A stretch of DNA of 64,000 nt from Chloroflexota bacterium (GTDB taxonomy: Bacteria; Chloroflexota; Anaerolineae; Aggregatilineales; J027): assembly GCA_024434115.1 (NCBI GenBank), contig QMIT01000006.1, forward strand, positions 202,211 to 266,210, given 5' to 3'. Below, piece by piece: positions 57,272-64,000 of the stretch (position 1 is its first letter; each line of letters begins with the position of its first letter). Made by a program: the position numbers and the translations under genes. The notes beneath the pieces are model-generated. The model saw only the letters and a program-made list of their open reading frames with translations. It ran no database searches and was not told the DNA's origin.

Positions 57272-57655
57272 TTATCAACAGGTTATCAACAAGTTATCAA
57301 CAGATAATTTGTTCTGTTGATAACGTTCAACCCCTCCCGCAAGCCATATCATGAAGTATTGAGGAAGTTGCCTGTTCATAACTTTTTCAAACCTGTTGAT
57401 AACCTGTTGATAACTTGCCTTTCCGCTTCTTACACAAACCTTAACTGTTGATAACCTGTTGATAACTCAAAAAGTTATGAACAGGTTATCAACAAGTTAT
57501 CAACATGCTGATTCATCAATCAATATATTCGAAATCGCCTCATTAAAGCATTCTAATAGGGGTGTCACAAACAAGGAAAAAGTTATCAACAGGTTGCCCC
57601 CTCTCTACTACTACGACTATTTAAAAATAAAAAATAGTGGGAAAGGTGTTGATAA
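57272..57655. other. oriC: Candidate chromosomal replication origin: array of 14 DnaA-box-like 9-mers plus AT-rich flanks
   Basis: Perfect TTATCAACA starts at 57272, 57283, 57294, 57486, 57497 and 57583. Its complement TGTTGATAA starts at 57315, 57394, 57405, 57446, 57457 and 57647. One-mismatch copies start at 57373 (TGTTCATAA) and 57475 (TTATGAACA). AT-rich tracts lie at 57601-57640 and 57690-57760. Confidence 0.6.
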
Positions 57656-57768
57656 CTTTCCCAAATTTTCCCGCACTCCTCCACCCCAAAAAAGTACAGT
57701 ACAATTTTTGAGCGAACTTTTTTTGCAGTCGTTATTTTTATTTTTCAAATTTTCAACTTAGGTATCCA

Positions 57769-58878
57769 ATGGCCTATCACGAATATATTGGCAATCTTCA
57801 TATGCACACTCCCTACTCCGATGGTGAAGCATGGCATTCTGAAATCGCCGATGCTGCCATTGCCACCAAACTCGACTTTGTGGTCGTAACCGATCACAAC
57901 ATTTGGATTGATGGAGTACAGGGTTATTATGGCGATGAAAAACGTGGCTACGTTCTGTTATTGACTGGGCAAGAAATTCATGACCGCACCCGCCTGCCCC
58001 AAGTCAATCACTGCCTAGTCTATAATGCCAAAGCCGAAATGAATCGGTATGCCCCCGACCCGCAGGCCCTTATCAAAGCGGTCAATCGCGCAGGTGGTAT
58101 GACTTTTTTGGCCCACCCCTTTGATAAAGGGATAGATTGGCGCGAAGACATTGAAGGTATTCCTTGGGTAGATTGGGATATTGAGGGTTATACAGGCCTC
58201 GAAATTTGGAACTACATGAGTTCATTTAAGGCCGTCCTCGAAAATCCGCTGAAAAGTGTACGGCGTTTATTTTCACCTGAAGACGCGATTATTGGCCCGG
58301 ACGAAGAAACCCTTGCCAAATGGGATCAATTATTGGCTCAGGGCAAACGGGTCGTGGGGATTGGCAATTCTGATGCACACGGCACGCCTATGAAAATTGG
58401 CCCGATTACCCACATCGTGTTCCCTTATGATTTTTTGTTTAACTGCGTCAACACCCATATCCTGACCCAACACCCGTTGATCGGCGAGATGGAACACGAC
58501 GCCGATATTATTTATCGCGCTTTGGCACGGGGCAGTACGTTTATGAGCTATCGTATCCCCGGCGAGGCCAAAGGGTTTCGATATTCGGCGCAGGGGGCAC
58601 AAGGCGCAACTGCTCAAATGGGGGATAGTATCCGTTTGGGACATGGGGTCACGTTGCAAGTGTTGATGCCAGTCCGCACCCACATCAAAATGATTTTTCG
58701 CGGGCAGGTTGTCGCGGATGAGACCAATGTCGAAAATCTGACCTATGTCGCCTCCCAACCGGGGGCCTACCGTGTCGAGGTCTGGCGTGAATATAAGGGG
58801 ATTGAACGCTGTTGGATTCTCAGCAACCCCATTTATGTTGAACCCAATATCGCGCCGATTGGAGTCACGGGGAGCTAA
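57769..58878 (+). CDS. PHP-domain metallophosphoesterase (CehA/McbA-like)
   Basis: N-terminal GNLHMHTPYSDG and FVVVTDHN PHP motifs, later AHPF and NSDAHG. 369 aa. Confidence 0.75.
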   Translation: MAYHEYIGNLHMHTPYSDGEAWHSEIADAAIATKLDFVVVTDHNIWIDGVQGYYGDEKRGYVLLLTGQEIHDRTRLPQVNHCLVYNAKAEMNRYAPDPQALIKAVNRAGGMTFLAHPFDKGIDWREDIEGIPWVDWDIEGYTGLEIWNYMSSFKAVLENPLKSVRRLFSPEDAIIGPDEETLAKWDQLLAQGKRVVGIGNSDAHGTPMKIGPITHIVFPYDFLFNCVNTHILTQHPLIGEMEHDADIIYRALARGSTFMSYRIPGEAKGFRYSAQGAQGATAQMGDSIRLGHGVTLQVLMPVRTHIKMIFRGQVVADETNVENLTYVASQPGAYRVEVWREYKGIERCWILSNPIYVEPNIAPIGVTGS

Positions 58879-58883
58879 TCAAA

Positions 58884-58908
58884 AAGGCAGGGTATTGAAT
58901 CCTGCCTT
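58884..58908 (-). terminator. Intrinsic terminator (best read on the minus strand, for 58964..59488; may also stop the convergent plus-strand gene)
   Basis: AAGGCAGG-gtattgaat-CCTGCCTT. On the minus strand the stem is followed by a T run (CCTGCCTTTTTGA). Confidence 0.6.
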
Positions 58909-58914
58909 CAATAA

Positions 58915-58947
58915 CTAAATTCAGCACGGCGGCTTTAGCTCCGTGTG
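58915..58947 (+). repeat. Copy B (reference copy) of the CTAAATTCAGCACGG-hairpin repeat family
   Basis: CTAAATTCAG-CACGG-C-GGC-TTTA-GCT-CCGTG-TG, located between the stop of 58964..59488 (minus strand) and its terminator. Confidence 0.65.
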
Positions 58948-58963
58948 ATAATAGACTGTCGTT

Positions 58964-59488
58964 TTATTCTTCGTCCAGATTATCCAGATCGAGTGTTTCC
59001 ACAAAATCCTTGAACAAACCCAGCTTGTCATCCAATGCCGCGCCTTTTTCAGTCGGGACATCGGGTTCATGTTCAACATCTTCTTCGGGGGTAACAGCGG
59101 CGGCATCCATCACTTCAGGTTCAACATAAATCGGTACGCGGGCACGGACGGCTAATGCAATGGCGTCACTAGGGCGAGAATCTACTTCAAGTTCACGCCC
59201 ATCCAATTCAATCACAATCTTGGCGAAGAATATATCATCGGGACGGCGCAGTTCGGTGACCACCACATATTGAACTTCGGCTCCCATTTCGACAATGAGC
59301 GATTTTAGCAGGTCGTGGGTCAAAGGGCGTTTGTGTTGAACATCTTGAAGCTCAGTGGTAATGGCTTCCGCTTCGTATGGCCCAATCCAGATTGCCAGAT
59401 ACCGCTCGCTGCCTTCTTCTTTTAGAATGACCACCCGGTTTTGGGTCATCAAGCTCATTCTAATACAATCAATTTTGACCTCTACCAT
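58964..59488 (-). CDS. Bifunctional nuclease (BFN/DUF151) family protein
   Basis: N-terminal 130 aa match the DUF151 pattern (VVILKEEGSERYLAIWIGPYEAEAI...RPLTHDLL...SRPSDAIALAVRARVPIYV). Acidic C-terminal tail. Confidence 0.8.
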   Translation of the reverse strand: MVEVKIDCIRMSLMTQNRVVILKEEGSERYLAIWIGPYEAEAITTELQDVQHKRPLTHDLLKSLIVEMGAEVQYVVVTELRRPDDIFFAKIVIELDGRELEVDSRPSDAIALAVRARVPIYVEPEVMDAAAVTPEEDVEHEPDVPTEKGAALDDKLGLFKDFVETLDLDNLDEE

Positions 59489-59754
59489 ACCTCTACTTCC
59501 TCATCCGATCCCTAGCCTTTTATGTGATAGGCCTCGTGTTGTCATTGGGATTGTATTTTGGGGGATTCTTCAATTGAAAGGCTCCCCCAAAGGCCGGTGA
59601 CATTTCGGACAAGTGCGAAATGAAAAGCGGAGTTGGCAAATCCCCTGCACTTGAAAACGCCAGACTCCTAATCACCAGCAGGCATTGGAGATAGGTTTCG
59701 ATGACTGCTGATTTCCACTGCCCTAACCGAGATGTCGGTAAAAGCGTATGCTGT

Positions 59755-59782
59755 AGTATAGCACCGGGACGAACAAATGCAA
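59755..59782 (-). promoter_or_regulatory. Putative promoter reading leftward toward the BFN gene (implies a ~260-nt leader)
   Basis: Minus strand reads TTGCAT (59782-59777), 16-nt spacer, extended -10 TGcTATACT (-10 hexamer at 59760-59755). Confidence 0.3.
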
Positions 59783-59797
59783 AACCTTTACTTATTT

Positions 59798-59826
59798 GCT
59801 TCCATTCGCTTCCATTAGCTTCCACC
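59798..59826. repeat. Three 10-bp-phased direct repeats GCTTCCATT / GCTTCCATT / GCTTCCACC
   Basis: Repeats at 59798-59806, 59808-59816 and 59818-59826 (AATGGAAGC on the minus strand), 16-45 bp upstream of the putative -35 at 59777-59782. Confidence 0.6.
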
Positions 59827-60003
59827 AGTTTTAGTGTATAACAAATTTGCCCTCTTGAGACCGAAATTTTTTTGAAACTTCATTTCCCTCACCGCTTGAC
59901 CTATGGTTGCTTTTCGCTTTCATGCCGTCGCGCCTTTTCCATCCCAACTTTCTGTAAAATCAAATGAGGAATGAGATCAGCATGAAGATTTTGGCAGGCA
60001 ATC

Positions 60004-62550
60004 ATGAAAAAATCTTTCCCCAAAAATCTTTACCAGCGATTTTGGAAAAAGCGCAAACGATGGCAGCGTACCCTGTTGATCTTGCTCATTCTGGGTATTT
60101 CGAGCATCGTCTATCTTTATCAATGGCTGTTTGTTGATCTCCCCGATATTGATAATTTGGAAGCGGGCCTAGCGCTCCCCAGTACACGCATCTATGACCG
60201 CAATGGCAAATTGTTGTATGAAATCGTGGATTTGTATGGGGGCAGCCACAAAGCCGTCACCCTTGACGAAATGGCAAGCTGCCTGCCCGATGCGACCATC
60301 GCTACTGAGGACGCCAATTTTTATCACCACCCCGGCGTAGACATTGAAGGCATTGCCCGTGCCCTGTGGATTAATGTGCGTGGTGGGGAAGTTCGCGCTG
60401 GTGGCAGCACCATTACCCAACAGGTCGCCCGCAATTTACTATTGACCAAACAACCCAGCCAAGATCGTACCGTCCGCCGCAAACTGCGTGAGAGCATCCT
60501 TGCCATTCGTTTAAACATGGCCTATTCCCGCGAGGAAATCTTGACACTCTATCTCAATCAGACCTATTATGGCAATCTCGCCTACGGGGTCGAAGCCGCC
60601 TCCCGCATCTATTTTGGCAAGTCGCCTGCCTCGTTGAGTCTAGCTGAATGTGCGATGCTGGCGGGCCTGCCCCAATCCCCTGCCATCTATAACCCGCTCG
60701 AAAATCCAACCATTGCCAAAGGCCGCCAGACGATTGTCTTGGATTTAATGGTTAAACACGGCTATATTTCCGAATCCGAAGCGGAGCAGGCCAAAAAAGA
60801 ACCGCTCGATTACAGCGCGGGCACATTTGAAATTTTAGCCCCCCATTTTGTCGCCGCCGTCTGGACACAGTTGGAGCGCGATTACGCTGACGACCTTTAT
60901 ACAGGGGGTTTGGAGGTTTACACCACCCTTGACCTCAATTGGCAGAATGCCGCCGAACGGATTGCCCGCCAACACCTAGCTGAACTGAACAACCCACCGA
61001 ACGGATCGCCGTCCAAAGATGTCCATAACGCTGCCTTAGTCGCCATTGATCCTTATACAGGCCAGATTTTAGCCATGTTGGGCAGTCCCGATTATTTTGA
61101 CGAAAGCATAGATGGCAACGTCAACGCCGCCCTTGCGCCACGCCAACCGGGGTCGGCCTTGAAACCCTTTACTTATGCCGCCGCCTTTAATCCGGCCTAT
61201 GAAGAACCTTTCACCCCAGCTACCATGCTGCTCGATGTCAAAACGCCCTTTGTCACCCGCCGTCTCGAAAGTTATACCCCGCTGAATTTTGGCCTTGCCG
61301 AGCATGGCCCGGTGTTGGTGCGGGAGGCTTTGGCCTCATCTTATAACATCCCGGCGGTGGAGGCCCTCAATGAAATTGGTGTGCAATCATTGGTGACGTT
61401 GGTCACTCGTTTGGGCATTTCGACCCTGACCGACACCAGCCGCTTTGATTTATCACTGACGTTGGGTGGCGGGGAGGTACGTTTGGTGGAACTGACCGCT
61501 GCCTACAGTGCTTTTGCCAATGGGGGACAGCGTGTCGAGCCGAACTATATTTTGGAAATTCGTAACAGTGCAGGGGAGACGATCTACGAGGCCCAAACCC
61601 CTGCCCTCGGTAAACCCGAACTCGATCCGCGTGTTGCCTATCTGATTACGGACATTCTCTCGGATAATGAAGCGCGTATTCCGGCGTTTGGCGCGGTCAG
61701 TTCCCTCAATATTGGGCGACCCGCCGCCGCCAAAACAGGCACGACCACCGATTTCCGCGATAACTGGACAATGGGCTACACCCCGAATTTAGTCGTGGGC
61801 GTCTGGGTGGGCAATGCCGACAACACCCCCATGACCAATGTGACGGGTATAACTGGGGCAGGGCCGATCTGGAATCAATTTATGCGGGAAGTGCTCTATG
61901 GTCAGCCTGAATTGCAATTTGAGCGCCCTGAAGGGTTGGTACGGGCCGAAGTCTGCGCGACCTCCGGCTTGCTGCCAACTGAATATTGCCCCGTCCGCAA
62001 ATGGGAGTGGTTTATTGACGGCACTGCCCCCACCGAGTCCGATAATTTTTATCAACCCTTCTTAATTGACAACCGCACTGGACTGCTGGCAACCGAGGAA
62101 ACCCCCGCCGAATTCCAACAAGAAAAAGTCTATCTGGTGCTGCCCCCCGAAGCGCGTGATTGGGCCGCCCGCCAAAACATTCCCCCCCCGCCAGATTCTG
62201 CTATGCGGGTGGGTGAAGAACCGGAGCGCCCTTTACGCATGGTCTCCCCCGACCCCTATACGGTTTTTGCCTTGACGCCGCTTCTGCCATTGGAAACGCA
62301 GCGCATCCGTCTGTCGGTTATCACCCCTCTCGAAACCACCAGCATTACCTATTGGATTGATGGCAATGTCGTCCAATCCATAGACCAAGCGCCTTTTGAT
62401 GTTTGGTGGTCTTTGCAACCGGGGGATCATCTCGTCTGGTCAACTGCGCAGTTAGCTGATGGTAGCAGTTTGGAAAGCCAGCCCATCGCTTTTCGGGTAG
62501 ATTCCTATGTGCCGCCAGACGAACGCCCATCTTCTGGCCCTGCTGAATAG
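60004..62550 (+). CDS. Class A penicillin-binding protein (bifunctional glycosyltransferase/transpeptidase, PBP1A family)
   Basis: N-terminal TM. GT51 motifs (EDANFYHHPG, GGSTITQQVARN, RKLRE). Transpeptidase SxxK (GSALKP), SxN (SYN) and KTG (KTGTT). ~200-aa C-terminal extension. Confidence 0.92.
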   Translation: MKKSFPKNLYQRFWKKRKRWQRTLLILLILGISSIVYLYQWLFVDLPDIDNLEAGLALPSTRIYDRNGKLLYEIVDLYGGSHKAVTLDEMASCLPDATIATEDANFYHHPGVDIEGIARALWINVRGGEVRAGGSTITQQVARNLLLTKQPSQDRTVRRKLRESILAIRLNMAYSREEILTLYLNQTYYGNLAYGVEAASRIYFGKSPASLSLAECAMLAGLPQSPAIYNPLENPTIAKGRQTIVLDLMVKHGYISESEAEQAKKEPLDYSAGTFEILAPHFVAAVWTQLERDYADDLYTGGLEVYTTLDLNWQNAAERIARQHLAELNNPPNGSPSKDVHNAALVAIDPYTGQILAMLGSPDYFDESIDGNVNAALAPRQPGSALKPFTYAAAFNPAYEEPFTPATMLLDVKTPFVTRRLESYTPLNFGLAEHGPVLVREALASSYNIPAVEALNEIGVQSLVTLVTRLGISTLTDTSRFDLSLTLGGGEVRLVELTAAYSAFANGGQRVEPNYILEIRNSAGETIYEAQTPALGKPELDPRVAYLITDILSDNEARIPAFGAVSSLNIGRPAAAKTGTTTDFRDNWTMGYTPNLVVGVWVGNADNTPMTNVTGITGAGPIWNQFMREVLYGQPELQFERPEGLVRAEVCATSGLLPTEYCPVRKWEWFIDGTAPTESDNFYQPFLIDNRTGLLATEETPAEFQQEKVYLVLPPEARDWAARQNIPPPPDSAMRVGEEPERPLRMVSPDPYTVFALTPLLPLETQRIRLSVITPLETTSITYWIDGNVVQSIDQAPFDVWWSLQPGDHLVWSTAQLADGSSLESQPIAFRVDSYVPPDERPSSGPAE

Positions 62551-62617
62551 GTTGCGTTTTGTCGTGTTTTGAGCATACAATCGCCCTCAGCAACAATAGA
62601 TAGATGGGTGATATGCG

Positions 62618-63478
62618 ATGGATCAACCACAAAATCTTCGAGACCCCAACGCGCTGGACGAACTTGAAATCAGCGGTTTCTTGGCGGAAATCATGGAAAA
62701 TATCCGGCAGCAGCTTGAGATCAATAAACAAGAAATCTCACAGTCGGGCCTGCACGCCTTGACCAGTATTCAACGCCGTGCGCTGGCCCTCTCCAGTGTG
62801 CTGCGTTATGACCGGGGCCTCTCGCTGATCGTTGAACTAAAACGCCAATCCCATCGTGGTAAGACATTGGTGGATCGCTACGACCCCGTTGAGCAGGCCC
62901 ACCTTTTTGAAAATTTGGGTGTCCAAGCCCTCTCCGTCGCCACCAATCCCCTCTACTATCAGGGTGAAATCCATCACCTGACGCTGGTTTCTCAAGAAAC
63001 ACGCATCCCGGTTATTCGTAACGACTTTGTATTTGACCGCTATCAGGTGCATGAAGCACGTGCCGCCGGAGCCGATGCGGTGATCTTGATTGCGGCCCTC
63101 TTGGGCGAGTATCGTTTGTGGGATTTGGTTTCGATTACCCAGCGCCTCCGCATGACTGCCGTCGTGCAAGTGCAAAACGAGCAGGAATTGGCCCGCACCT
63201 TAAAATCCGATCCGTTGGTGATCGCCATTAGCAATGTGGACTGGCGCACTTTTGACGTTGATTTAAGCCGCACCACCCGCCTGTGCCCGCAGATTCCGCG
63301 CCACATTGTCGTCGTCAGCATGGGCGGCATACGTACCCCCGAAGACATGGCGATGGTGGCTGAATCTGGTATTGATGGGGTGGTTGTGGGCGAAGGGCTG
63401 CTCGGTGTGCCAAATCCTGAAGAAGCCATCCACACACTTTTTTCGCTGGTAAATCCCGATAACAGAGCGATTCGATGA
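62618..63478 (+). CDS. Indole-3-glycerol-phosphate synthase-like TIM-barrel protein with divergent catalytic residues
   Basis: Collinear with the IGPS motifs that I recall from T. maritima and S. solfataricus: IVELKRQS, PVIRNDF, GADAVILIAALL, VVQVQN, IAISNVDW, VVSMGGI, VVVGEGL. Several catalytic positions are substituted (see findings). Confidence 0.65.
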   Translation: MDQPQNLRDPNALDELEISGFLAEIMENIRQQLEINKQEISQSGLHALTSIQRRALALSSVLRYDRGLSLIVELKRQSHRGKTLVDRYDPVEQAHLFENLGVQALSVATNPLYYQGEIHHLTLVSQETRIPVIRNDFVFDRYQVHEARAAGADAVILIAALLGEYRLWDLVSITQRLRMTAVVQVQNEQELARTLKSDPLVIAISNVDWRTFDVDLSRTTRLCPQIPRHIVVVSMGGIRTPEDMAMVAESGIDGVVVGEGLLGVPNPEEAIHTLFSLVNPDNRAIR

Positions 63479-64000
63479 TGAAAAAATTTGCCTTTTGTAT
63501 GATCGCGGCAGTATTAGTCTTAGCCGCTTGTACCGACAACAATAATCCCACCCCCGACGCCGATGGGCCGATTCTGGCGGGTGTCAATGACATGCCCAAG
63601 ATGTTAATAACCGTGCAGTTTACGGCCACATCCCCCGTCGCCGATCAACTGCCCACCGCGACCATTGACCTCTCATTCCCCACTGAAACCCCGGAGCCAC
63701 CCGAACCCACCTCGACCCCCACACCCTATGTCGGGGTCTATGTCGGCCCGCAGTCCAGCGGCACCCCTTTGGCGGGGAATGTCACGCAGATTGCGCCGGG
63801 GAATTTACCGGGGGCGACGGTTCCGGTATTTTTGGGCGCTCCCACTGCCCAAACCATCCCGATTGGCCCAGTTTTGACGACCCCCACTCTTGCTGTCGCT
63901 GGCCCGGTGAACTGCCCTATTCAACCCAATGCCTCGTTCATCAATGCCTATGGCCGCGACCCCAATTTACAGCAGCGTTTGGGTTGCCCGCGTGATGCCG
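63475..64000 (+). CDS. Putative lipoprotein, 5' part (runs off the right edge)
   Basis: My own translation: MMKKFAFCMIAAVLVLAAC|TDNNNPTPDADG..., a signal peptide with lipobox LAAC. Open to the window end. Its ATG overlaps the trpC-like stop. Confidence 0.6.
   Translation, partial: MMKKFAFCMIAAVLVLAACTDNNNPTPDADGPILAGVNDMPKMLITVQFTATSPVADQLPTATIDLSFPTETPEPPEPTSTPTPYVGVYVGPQSSGTPLAGNVTQIAPGNLPGATVPVFLGAPTAQTIPIGPVLTTPTLAVAGPVNCPIQPNASFINAYGRDPNLQQRLGCPRDA

Noticed and set aside
57459-57761. 100-aa plus-strand ORF inside the 57.15-57.77 kb gap
   Set aside because: The reading frame is made of the TTATCAACA box array and AT-rich tracts (low-complexity peptide, no SD). It is better explained as non-coding origin or regulatory DNA.
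59520-59825. 101-aa minus-strand ORF upstream of the BFN gene
   Set aside because: It starts inside the 10-bp-period direct repeats, and that period is not a multiple of 3. It has no SD, low GC and no recognisable family. Treated as a non-coding leader or regulatory region.

Overview
64-kb chromosomal window, mid-GC by eye. I saw no rRNA, tRNA, CRISPR array, transposase or integrase. Pro/Thr-rich linkers, several Ser/Thr kinases and GC-rich CCCCTCTCC...GGGGTGAGG palindromes suggest a Chloroflexota-like bacterium; this is inference only. The core is a complete 14-subunit NADH:quinone oxidoreductase operon, nuoA-N (7.8-25.5 kb). It is atypical in four ways: three non-nuo genes are wedged between nuoE, nuoF and nuoG; NuoJ carries a ~245-aa DUF4397-like insertion; NuoL carries a His-rich insertion; and three structured spacers interrupt the operon. 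Downstream lie a small toxin-antitoxin island (long antitoxin + PIN/VapC, two tandem DUF433 genes) and xseA. A signalling/proteolysis cluster follows at 28.8-40.9 kb: a membrane Ser/Thr kinase, a GT-C-like membrane protein, a ClpA/C-like AAA+ unfoldase, a 1361-aa kinase with ~22 TPRs, an FHA protein and a membrane-anchored STAND-like ATPase. After that come housekeeping peptidases/PPIase and a minus-strand string of hsp20, lon, a response regulator, a PHP-AlbA_2 fusion and GT39. The most striking non-coding feature is a 620-bp gap (57.15-57.77 kb). It holds 12 perfect and 2 near-perfect copies of TTATCAACA (one mismatch from the DnaA box), phased at 11 bp and flanked by AT-rich tracts, so it is a candidate oriC. 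I also see a dispersed ~33-nt hairpin repeat with compensatory base changes, and a TrpC-like gene with substituted catalytic residues. All functional calls rest on motifs read by eye; no database search was run.
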